From Malacoraja senta (Eukaryota), in the NCBI GenBank assembly GCA_038087875.1, contig JAXLNO010006153.1, forward strand, positions 1 to 64,000: 64,000 bases of DNA. Reading direction: 5' to 3'. The notes beneath the pieces were generated by a model. That model had not been told where the DNA came from. It was given only the letters and a program-made list of their open reading frames with translations, and made no database searches. The translations under genes and the position numbers were made by a program. Below, piece after piece: positions 13,063-24,499 of this stretch; within the stretch, counting starts at the first letter, position 1; every line of letters starts with the position of its first letter.

Positions 13063-14414
13063 TATGACATGAGATTGGAGTGCAGGGCCAATAGTTGGCA
13101 TATATTAGCTCATGCATCTCCAGCAGAAACAGCACTCAGATGATGAATGGGCAAATGTACATGGTCTACAAGGTATCATCAGCATGTTCTCCTTCCAAGC
13201 AGTAATGCTTAGAGGCATCAGCCCTGATGCAGGGGAACCTAAAATGAGAGTCAGTCATACTCTTTTTTGTGAGGCAGCACAAGCTGGTGCAAACCGATTA
13301 ACCTCCTTCACATCATCTACTGAGGTTCCAAGTATGAAAATGGATTCCACCACCTCCAGCCCCACTTTAAATGTTCAATCATATCTATCAATTTTACAAT
13401 ATGTTCAATGTTTAGCCATTCATCCTTTTGCATTGAAACTGTTGCCATTGTTGCCCCAGTAACTACTGTCAACGGGCAGGCTCTTTGATTCAATAATTTG
13501 CTTTGGATTTCCACCTTGTTTACACAAGGTAAAGTGACTCCACCTGTTCCCACCCTTATTTATACAAAAAAATAAAAATAAAAGGTTGGAATTCCACAAG
13601 ACATTCCCATGTGGAAATGATTTAAAAAAAACATGCCATTCCAGGGAAATCTGTGTTCTATCTTCTCGGCAATGTGGTGGCATTTGCTGTGAGCAAGCAA
13701 ACAACCCATTTCAGAAGCCGAGTATTGTCAGCAGGTGTAAAAGGCATTTGATTTGGGGGAAAAAAAGTCTTGGCACAAACCTTAAAATTAATTTCTAATT
13801 TTCAGGCCGGATGAACTTTGTTAAAAACATAGAGACATGATAGTTAAAAATTAAGCAAGCCGTAAAATCAAAACCAAAAGCAGACTATATTTCTGATACC
13901 ACTCCAATACACTTGTCACTATGGAAAGTTAGTTATTACCATTGCCTTCTACAAGTAACTCGCACTGGTTCCTCACTTTAAAAGTATAGGTTGGCAGAAG
14001 CTTGTCAATTTTCCTGTAAGAATGTTTTAATGAGGAGCAGCAGGGTAATTTATAAATGGAAGGGAATGTGAACTGATTAATATTTACACTGATGAAAAGA
14101 AACCTAGTGAATAAAGAGGTGTGAGAAACTCTTGGCCACCTTCGGTGATTGCAGTTGGTAAAATAATAGTATAAAATGCACAGATGGAGAAAAAGTCTGC
14201 AATACTCAACATTTTTTGTATATACCTCAATTTTTAGTGGCTTTTTCTCAAAGCCATGCATCATTCGGAAGTCAAGAGGGTGGCGAAGTTATCTCTCCTA
14301 GTTATCGCTGCCTCAAAGACCACATGGGACGTGGTGCCAGTACATATTCTACCATCAACGTTGTTCCTCATAGCAAAAATGTCACTTGCAGTAACTTCAT
14401 TGTTAAATGGTCTA

Positions 14415-14925
14415 ATTAGAGGAAGGACATTCTTGATATTGAGGGAGTGCAGCGTATGCTCACCTGGTTAATTCCCAGGATGGCGGGACTGACTTATGAT
14501 GAAAGAATGGGTCGACTGGGCTTGTATTCACTGGAATTTAGAAGGATGAGAGGGAATCTTATAGAAACATGTAAAATTCTTAACGGATTGGACAGGCAAG
14601 ATGCAGGAAAAATGTTCCCCATGTTGGGGGAGTTCAGAACCTGGGGTCACAGTTTAAGAATAAGGGGTAGGCCATTTAGGACTGAGATGAGGAAAAAACG
14701 TTTTCACCCAGAGAGTTGTGAATCCGTGGAATTCTCTGCCACAGAAGGCAGTGGAGGCCAATTCTCTGGATGTTTTCAAGAGAGAGTTAGATTTAGCTCT
14801 TAGGGCTAAAGGAATCAAGGGATATGGGGAAAAAGCAGGAACAGGGTACTGATTTTGGATGATCAGCGGTGCTGGCTCGAAGGGCCAAATGGCCTATCCT
14901 GCACCTATTTTCTATGTTTCTATGA
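14415..14925 (+). mobile_element. CR1 LINE 3' end (relatively young)
   Basis: Translates as GLTYDERMGRLGLYSLEFRRMRGNLIETCKIL...GHSLRI; tail tctatgtttctatg. Confidence 0.92.
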
Positions 14926-15890
14926 ATTGTATAGTAAATGACAGGACACCATGGAATGTTATAGAACAGAGAGATATAGGGTTACAAGTACATCGTTTCC
15001 TGAAGTTGGCAATGCAGCTGGACAAGGTGGTGAAGGCAGCATTTGGCCTACTTGCCTTCATTGGACAGAGCATTGAGTACAAGAGTTGGGATATCATGTC
15101 AGAGCTGTACAAGATGTTGGAGAGACCGTACGTGAAACACCATGCGCAGTTCTGGGCACCATACTGTAAGGAAGGATGCGATTAAGTTAGAGAGGGTGAA
15201 GAAAATGTTCCCAGAGATGTTGCTGGGATTAGCTGGCTTGAGTTATATGGCGAGACTGGATATGCAATGTCTGGTTTTCCTCGAGCGATGGTTAAGGGTG
15301 ACAATAAAGATTTATAAAATCATGAGGAGTTTAGTTAAGGGGGATGGTCACGGTCTTTTTCCCAGGATAGGGGAGTCTAAAACTAGGGGACATAGGTTTA
15401 AGGTAAGAGGGGAAAGATTTAATGGGCCACAAGAGGCAAGTTTTTGGGTAAATGGAATGAGCTGCCGGAAGAAGTAGCAGAGTGAGATACAATTGGAACA
15501 GTTAAGTAGCATTTAGATAGGAACACAAATAGGAAAGACATAAGGGCCTGTCCCACTTGCCGATTTTTTTGGTGACTGCCGGCATCATTGACTGACGTAG
15601 CAGGTCACCGAAAAAGTTGCGGCGTGCCACGGCATGACGACGTATTGACGCGCGGTGTTTCCTCAAGTGTCGCAACATTTTTTTTGTCGCCACTGGATTT
15701 TGAAATGCTCAAAATCTATTGGCGATCCTGATATGACGCCGGCAGTCGCCGAAAAAATCTGCAAGTGGGACAGGCCCTTTAGATCAATATTGGCTAAATG
15801 CAAGCAAATGGGCTCATGAAAGGCACCTTGGTCGGCAAGGACAGGTTGGGCCAAAGGGCATGTTTCTCTGCAGTGTAACACTAACTCATT
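14926..15890 (+). mobile_element. Older CR1 LINE 3' fragment interrupted by a MITE
   Basis: Translates as EQRDIGLQVH...VVKAAFGLLAFIGQSIEYKSW...TRGHRFKVRG. Confidence 0.85.
15543..15778. mobile_element. MITE with PIF/Harbinger-like TIR AGGGCCTGTCCCACTT, inserted in a CR1 3' end
   Basis: TIRs at both ends; flanks ATA and TTA. Confidence 0.85.
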
Positions 15891-17010
15891 GGAAACAACA
15901 CGCATGATATATTAAATGGAATTAAAAAATGCTTCAGCAGTTTAAACTCATTAAACTTCAATAAGCTCAAAGGTTTTTTGCTTTATCCCAAGCAGTGCCT
16001 ATATTAGGCAGATATGTCTGGGCATGATCAGTATTTTACATATTTACAGTCCACTGGCCAAGGCAATGCTGCATTCACACACACACTATCAAGAGAATCA
16101 GTTCAGTTCATGCCTGAAGCAATCCCATGGCTCTTGAACTATTTAGGATGGAAATTCCTCTACCCATTCAATTAACGGTTTCAATGGCTACACCCTTTGT
16201 CCCTTTCAACAGATTGCTGACTCAATATACCTCTTGAAACTGGATTCAATGTAATGTCCTCCCTTTCCAATTTTATACCTGGACCACAAAAACAGTATTT
16301 AATAGCATTGGCCTCTGGTTTTATGGAGAGCTCAGTACAAGCACGTGCACTCACTGCATTTACAAGTATCAGATTCAAGTAGCGTTTTATTTTCAAAATT
16401 GTAAGGCCGTGCATTAATCAAGACATAATGCAATTGGGATTAGAATGGGGGAGGAGGGGTTGACAGAGACTGGAACCCAGACTCATATAAAAGTAAATTG
16501 CCACATCCTGTGCTCCCTGTAGGGCATTTCATCTGAAGGAAGCATGTCAGTGTAGCTGCTGTAACAGTGTAGCTCTGATAATGATCCACATTCCCTTCAA
16601 ACACAGTTCACTGTTGGGGGTGCAAGATCCGTGAAGTTATTCTATAGTTTAAAAGGCCTCTTTTCCCATTGTCTTAGGCGTCGCCAAAACTATGTATTCC
16701 ACACAAACAATGTGCTCCTCAAAGTATCCGTAATATTATTGCATGTTGTATATTCTCTGATTTAAATGGTTTAAAGGGTTTAATTTATTCAATTCAGAAC
16801 TAGAATTCCTAGTGCCCAGAAAATCTTCCATGACTAACAAACATGGGAAACAGCACAATCTCCAGAGAAAATATATTCTGTGCTGTATTAAGACAATGAA
16901 ATTATCCTCCTTCATAATTTTATTCTTTGAAGCTGGTCCCACTTTAATAATAAATGAGGGAAGATAATATTTGAGACAAATAGGTACTGGTAAATCATTT
17001 CAACACTTAC

Positions 17011-17065
17011 CCATAATTCCACACGAGAGGAGAGTGGGCCCTTTACTCATCTTCTTTGGACTGCG
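17011..17065 (-). CDS. FAM53B: FAM53B second coding exon (55 nt, RSPKKMSKGPTLLSCGIM plus 1 nt)
   Basis: Acceptor tttcag| and donor G|GTAAGT. The translation closely matches human FAM53B HTPKKMSQGPTLFSCGIM(E) as recalled. Confidence 0.93.
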
Positions 17066-19044
17066 CTGAAATTATTAAAAGTAGCAGTTAACTCAAAATT
17101 AGAACAGAAAATCTCTGAGGTCAAGAGTGGGCTAATATAAAAACGCCATTATAGGTTGCTGACTAACAAAAAAAATGCATGCATCAAAAATAAAAATAAA
17201 GAGGTCATGAAGTTAGCCAATCATATCCCAAGGGAAAAGAAATGCAATTGGCAAAGGTGCTGATGCAGCGAGACATTTTACAACGCGAGTTACCCAATCA
17301 CAACAAAAGAATTGTGTCATGTGACATATTATGACACCACTAACTGACTAATTTTGAATAACACACATGTAGGAACTTAAATGATTACGACTTTTACCAC
17401 TTGGCCTGTGTGAAAAATCTACTAGTAAATACAGGCCTTTAACTTGAATTCTAAACGATTGTGAAGAATTTGCATTTTTTTCCCCCTTTAATAATTGTCG
17501 GAAATGTCAATTGATGTTAAAATATTGCAATTTTCCTGCTAACTTTTTTATGCATGGGCACGGTTCACTTCAATTTCAAAGATGAACCTTTTCTGATGAA
17601 ATTATATCACTGGAGATAAATGAAAACCCAACCTGAAGCCATCTAGTTTAAAATAAGATTATCAGAGACAAATTGACTTCATAAGTTCATGTTCTTATTG
17701 AATCGAAGAGTGGTAAAACTGCTTCCAGCTCCGAGGTTTCGAGTTTAAATCAACAGCTGGAATTCATAGACTTTTGCAAACTCCTTGCTTGATATGACTT
17801 GGGAATTAAAACCGACACTTCTGTACTCCAGAGATTAAATTAGCAAAGCCGCAAACTACAACTCTGTATCTACATCTGATCACCATTCACAGCTTTCCTG
17901 CTTGGACTTCCTTCTCCTACATAAGTGTTCTCCATTGTTCATAATCTAGGATGAACTTCATTTTTTTTTTAAACTGAGAATCAATTGCCTTTGTTTATGG
18001 ACACAGGATCTTGAAGATACTGAAGTTAGCCGTCTGTTCACGATTTTGGTCAGAAGATGGACTTCTCTATCCTGCGACAACATGAACCAAGAAATGAATT
18101 GTATTCTACCATTTTAAAAGGCAATCTGCACCATGCAACACCTGTAGTAGTCATTAGTACTGTGGAAGTTCCTCTGACTACCTTCCCAAAACTGTAAGTA
18201 GCCTGGCCAGAAGAATTACATAACAAATATTCCAAAAGACAGTGAATTATGGCCAGACATGGATTACATTTCCCTTCCCGTTTTCTGGATGTGTTTTTTC
18301 TGATCATCTTCTGCATGGCTATGTTGTGAGCTACATATCAGCCTGCCTTCATCCATTCCTCATGGTTGTCATCGGGATACTGGCCTTGGCATGCCACGTA
18401 GGCGCACTGTTCAGTCTTCACTTGGCCGCCACATGGGTTCACTGTCCGCAGGCCATTTTGAGTGGTGATCTGGAGCAGGAACTGCAAGTGATTTTTTTTT
18501 CCCCCTCAACAATCCCAGTGGCAATGTCTTAACTCCGGTGTTCTCACTGTCACTATTGTTGGGAACAACCAAATGAACACAAGCCGGTGACCAAATCTGA
18601 ACTTTTATTGGCTGCTCTCTAATTTAACAAAATGACCTGATACGAGTGTAAACTTGCAAATGTTGATTATTTTAAAGAATTGCATACTCTATTCTTGTAT
18701 TTGAGAAGCTTTCCTTCAGAATAATTTCATGGTTTGGCCACAACTGTGAACAGATGGGTCTGTAATAACCTCTGCCATTTTACACAACTGTCTCTCTCCA
18801 TTCCAGAAGAGACTTTCAACCTTTTAGGAAGCCACTCAAACAAAAGATTAAGTGCTAATTTCATGTATTTACCCTCAACAAGATATAGCAAGAACGAGAA
18901 TGATATTTTAACACTATCTCAGAAAAGAATTAAACCACTGTTTAAACGTAATCCACTGATGCTACAAAGGGACGGCACCACCAGTTCTCTGTTACAGGCA
19001 TCAAACTCTTCAGTGTTGAAGCAATAAAGGCTGGCTTCACTTTA

Positions 19045-19363
19045 AGGGCCTGTCCCACTTTCCCGAGTTACTCACGAATTCTCCCGAGTTTTCCCCTTGA
19101 TTCAAACTCGGAGAATGTCCGTAACGAGTCCGTAGGAGGCCATAGGAGTCCGTAGATATATCATAGCGGCTCGTTATGCCAGCCGTAGGTACTCGGGGCA
19201 TCAGGTGAGTCAGGACGTTTTTTCGGCCTGATGAAAAATGTCCACGAGTAAAAAAATAGCCCCTAGTACCTCCTACGGACTCGTTGCGGACATTCTCCGA
19301 GTTTGAATCAAGGGGAAAACTCGGGAGAATTCGTGAGTAACTCGAGAAAGTGGGACAGGCCCT
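19045..19363. mobile_element. PIF/Harbinger-like MITE with 95-bp TIRs
   Basis: Arms 19045-19139 and 19269-19363 match at 93/95; TTA TSD on both sides. Confidence 0.92.
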
Positions 19364-21998
19364 TTACTACAGCAACCCAGAAGAAATATGTAACAAAGGC
19401 AAATTTCTCACAAAGTTGAATCCAATAGGGATCCATTTGGAAAAAAATTCTCAATTGGGGAAAATAAAGAAACCCGTAAATTATAACGTCCTGCTATTAT
19501 CCAACTAAGAGCTAAATGCTAATCTGAACTAATTTTAACAAATAATATAATTTCAGTGTATGCACCTTGTGGAAAGGGCCTCCACAAGAAAACTAGTACT
19601 TGAAACCGATCATGTGATTGTTAAATTAATACAAAATGGGGTGCTGTCACATTTTCAACTATGAAAAGAAGCCAGGATGCTAGATCCTAATAAACTTCTA
19701 GAAATACTATGGTCCACAAAACCGTTGTGGGGTGATTTTATACAGCAAATGGATTACAAACTGGCTTGAAATTATCTTCAGAATCCCAGAGAAGAGGAAT
19801 TTTGCATGTCTCTCATGTCTTTCCTTCTGGGGTTTGGGTGGCAGAGGGATTCTCTCAAACACTTTTTATCCCCACCAACTGCAAAACTCCCCTAATTACA
19901 CTTTACTTGAGTAGTGTAAAACTTCATGTATGGTAACATTTTCATCCCTCGGCTGTAAAAGAGTAGCTCTTAGTTACTCAGCACATTCCTCTATTTCCTG
20001 TAAATCCACATTATTCAATTCTTTGCCATCCTTGGATCTTTGACCTCTTAGTACCTCAATTACATCCCCATATGTGTATTTAATGCTTTACCATGAAGGT
20101 AGGGGTCACAACCTACCCTCAGGTTGATTCCTGAATACCAATGTTGATTCCTGCTATGTATCATTTCCTGGTCACTGCTGCGGTTAGGGAAGTCACTGAC
20201 ATCCATAGTCGACGAGAAGCAAGTTCATATACTTTTACTTCAGGCCAAGGCATATCCCTGCTTTAATGCACAGGCATTTATAAATTGCGCTCATGTCCTT
20301 TCAGATATATTCCTATCTACCCTATTTCTGCTAGAAGCCTCTGGCTGTGGCCCTACACGGTTTGTAGAAAAATCATGCCCCCCCCAAAGGCAATATTCGT
20401 AACCAGTCTGTCAAAGACTGAACATTTGTGACCTCCCCGACCATAGCACCTCATCATTGCAACACTCCTGTGTACTTGAAAGATTGTTACATGTACCGTG
20501 GTATTCTCCTTCTATAGCTAGCTGCAAAGATCATATTTGCTGGGATACATGCTGGCATCTGCAAGAACCCAATTCATAGCATTGCCCACATAAACACAAC
20601 AATGCTGTTCAGTGAACCTCGTAGCCCCAGTCTTCATTCAACTTTCATAAACAGTGTCAGGATGACCTGCAATGCTGCCTTCCTGTCAAAATCTGGAGCA
20701 ATACATTCAACAGAGAACTCGTGAAAACTGGAGTGATTTCTTGGGCAATCTTGTTCGGATGGTAAGATTTCAAAGTATAGAAATTCCAATACAAAAAACA
20801 AAGCTAATAGCATTCATGCTGCAGTTCTTTGCCACTCTAATTGAAGGATTAATGCTTCAGTTTGCATTCCAAACAAAGAAATGTTAATAAAGTGAGTTTA
20901 GGTTTTGATCTGCTCATGTTATTAAAACATTGATGTGTGTCCCTTCAATAATTCCAACTCATTCAGTTTGTTCTACCAATCAAGTCTAAGTTCCATTTCA
21001 AAAACCAGGGAAAAAACTTTACTCTTCAACATCAAGGTATGAGAGGTTTGCAGACAAGAAATGCTTACTGGAAACTTGGATATGAGCAGCTGGCGGTTTA
21101 ATGAATGGAAAACTCATAACAACTTGTGCCCAAACCTGTGATAAATACTTCTGCCTTGTCAAGCTCTTATGCCCAGGCACTGAAAAGGAAAATCTGCTCT
21201 TGAAATGACCATCAAATTGATTTTCCACGCTGCTATATTCATGCTCATAAATGCTGCACCTGTCTGAGTTAGGCACGGACAAGTCTGTCAAAAACATTCA
21301 TTCATCTTCACAAATAAATCTCATGGAAAAAAAAAGGAATATTACAATCCAGGATACCTCCTCCCAGGAGAGTGATGCCAAATACCTGGCAGAAATGGGG
21401 AGTAAAGGACATTAACCTCTTAAGCACCTAACACTAAACTATTGTCTTATACATTGGTTTGATAACTTACTTTTAATTGCAAAGGTTAGAGTTTATTTCA
21501 TTGGTTAATTTGAAAGAGGATACCCCCCACCAGAAAGCCTTTATGAATCATTGCTTAAATATTTGGTTGTGTTCACCATGTACTGTAAAGTACCTATGTG
21601 CGGAAATTAATATTAACTAACTTTCCTCAACTATTGTATATTATTTCAGCAGCTGCTCCAATTACCAGGCTAACAGCTGCAATTAATGTGTGACTGCTGT
21701 ACTGGGCTTGCGAATTATGTAGGTCTCTAAATATCATTTGGGATCAAATAAAAGGCTGCATTCATCACAATGAAATCAAAATAAATTACCCAGGCAAAAC
21801 TAGCGGAAATTAAATTTACATATTAATGGCAGCACCGCAGGGTCAAAGGTACAATTTCTGAAAGTTTATGGAAGATGCACTTAAGACTCTGAAGCAGTAT
21901 AACACAAAGGTACATGTGGAAGTTATCTTTCAAACTGTTTATATTTTAAACTTAAATGTTTTTAAAATTCCACCTGCTTAGCTTAATTAATAGCTTAC

Positions 21999-22076
21999 CA
22001 GTTCTCTGTTGAAAATGTGATGTATACCATAATCCAAGTCCTCGTTTCCCAGACCTTGCATTAACAGAGTCACCAT
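21999..22076 (-). CDS. FAM53B: FAM53B first coding exon, coding part (26 aa, MVTLLMQGLGNEDLDYGIHHIFNREL); full exon 21999-22198 includes 122 nt of 5' UTR
   Basis: Polypyrimidine tract plus AG acceptor (tctctctttttctcctcc...ggacag, AG at 22200-22199); strong Kozak ACCATGG; donor CTG|GTAAGC, phase 0. The 26-aa peptide ending F-x-REL parallels the human N-terminus as I recall it (MVMVLSESLSTRGADSIACGTFSREL) and splices in frame to the next exon. Confidence 0.88.
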
Positions 22077-22659
22077 GGTAACATAGTCACTTCTCTGGGT
22101 CCATTACACTGAGGGCAGTAGACGGTGGTTGCCATTCTAGGACACTTCTTCAAAAGAGAGTAAGATCTAGCTGGGTACTACAGCAGGGCTCTTCATAACT
22201 GTCCAATACCATGGAGGAGAAAAAGAGAGACATGTAAGTTTATCTGCTCAATAAATCCAAGACTAAATACTTACTGTCTCCTTTTCCATTTTTTGTGCTG
22301 TGCACCTTTTACTAGGCAAGATGATTTGACGATTGATTTGAGTCCAGAGATCATGTCTCTTATTAAATATAACTTAGACTGGCATCCTCTTAAAACTCCA
22401 CTTTCTCTCTGTGCGGTGGTCATCTGCCTTCTGGATCTCAACCTTAATGCCACGATTGAGTCAAGGAATCAATATGTGGAGTAACACAAACACAAACCTA
22501 GGTAGACACAGAATGCTGGAGTAACTCAGCACCTATGGAGAAAAGGAATGGGTGATATTTTGGGTCGAAATAGGGGGGCATGGGCGGAAATCCAGGGGGG
22601 GTGTCCCCCCCATGCTTTGAGAGGTGGGGGACAATCCCCTCCATGTTTTGTAATCTGGA

Positions 22660-23175
22660 CTTTATCAAACGAGCGGTGGTGGCTCGTTGCTGCGGCCCGA
22701 CTCCGGAGCTCCAGCTGCAGACCTGTGGACTATGATATCGGGAGTTCGCGGGTCCGGGTGAGAGACCGCTTTCCGGAGCTCCCGCAACGCAACTTCTCCA
22801 GCTCGAGTCGCGGGGTTGGAACGACCGGAGCGGGGCCGTAAATCCAGCGCCCGCCGGGGGCTCCAACTTTGTGACTTTTGGGCCCGGAGCGAGGCTGTAT
22901 ACCGCCCGGCGCGGCCTCAACGGCCGTGGGACTTAACATTGCCCGCCTGGGGCTTCAACATCGGGAGAAAAATGGGGCAGGGGAGAGAAAAGACTTTGCC
23001 TTCCATCACAGTGAGGAGGAGATTCACTGTGATGGATGTTTTTCTGTAAATTGAATTGTTTGTGTGTCTTGTAGGAATTGTTTTGTTTGTATGGCTGTGG
23101 AAACAGAGTTTCGTTTGAGCCTCTTTGAGGTTCAAATGACAAGAAATAAATCAAATCAAATCAAATCAAATCAAA
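22660..23175 (+). mobile_element. GC-rich retroposon with a Rex1/L2-like 3' stem-loop and (TCAAA)n tail, nested in another GC-rich element (~22579-23507)
   Basis: Hairpins tccatcacagtga/tcactgtgatgga and gagcctc/gaggttc, followed by aataaa(tcaaa)5. Confidence 0.65.
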
Positions 23176-24499
23176 CGCTTTCTAAGGGCTGAATCGGCCC
23201 GTTCTCGGGGCCTTTCAGCGCCATGCGAGGCTTAAAATCAAACTGCTGTATCGAGGCGATCGAGGCTCCCGATGTTGAAGCCCCGTCGGCCGATGAAAGA
23301 CCCAGTGAACGGGCCGATTCAAGCCCCACGATTCGGGGCGGACGAAGCTGCTGTTGCTGGAGTTCGGAGTCGGTCACCAACCAGGTCAGCTCCCGATGTT
23401 ACCGTCCACAGGGCCCACGGCCGAAACCTCGCGTGTGTGCGCATGCGCGCGCGCGGCCGCCAAGAAATTGTGTCCCCCGCATGTTTTGATAGCGATTTCC
23501 GTGCCTGATCTACTGTATCTGTTGCTTGACTGGGGTTGTTAATGCTCTCATGGGAGAAAAAAAATGAAGGCCAGTAGTTAACGAGAATTGAGTAAAAATA
23601 TTAAGATAAATAAATTTGTGATGGATTTCAATCATGGTTTTCATAGAAATGCTCATTTATTCATGGGTGAAAATAGTGCATTGTATCTGTTTTTTCTCCA
23701 CATAAATGAGCACTACATCTATAAATTGGACTAGTACCATAAAGTGACATTTGCAACAGAGATATGATTTTGTTTTAAAGGCTCATGGTATCTTCAGGCA
23801 TCAGATTTTTTCCAACAATAAAAATGTTCAGTTGTTTTGATCCCCGATTAGGGATGAGGATTAGTTCAAACGCTCTCTCATTGTTAAAAGAGAGGATAAT
23901 ATAGAGCTTTATACAATTGATATTGCTGTTCTGTAACGCCACATTGAAAATGGCCTCAGAAGAATATTTTATTCAGACAATGGATGAGTCCCACTGATAG
24001 ACTTTACAACCACTATCATATTCAAACTTACTAAGCTGATGCCAAATGATTCACTGGTTAAGGCAGTATGTATCAAAACTCACACTAGCTGAACTTTTCA
24101 TATTAGGAAACGGGATGAAGTCTGACTTGCTTTCACTCGATTTCTGTGCCACAAGGTGGCTGAACAAACTTTGGGGGCACAGTGATTGGGGGACATTTAT
24201 TCCATTATTTGCTTTAGGTCTCTGCTTGCTCTTGAAGAGACTCAAGGTGCTTAGTTTAGTTTAGCTTATTGTCATGTGTAACAAGGTACAGTGAAAAGCT
24301 TTTGTGTTGCAAGCTATCCAGTCAGCGGAGAGACTACACATGATTACAATCAAGCCATCCACAGTGTACAGTAGCAGCATTAGAGAATAACATTTAGTGC
24401 AAGATAAAGTCCAGTAAAATACGATGAAAGATTTTCTGTTGGAGTGGAGTGGTTTTCTGTAGAATGGAGTGATTGGAATGAATGACTGCAGATCCACCA

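Noticed and set aside
1-17010. Large downstream FAM53B exon (ENDRWRDL...PSAPPSKRQCRSLS)
   Set aside because: No matching minus-strand frame is seen in the ORF track or by eye; it probably lies left of position 1.
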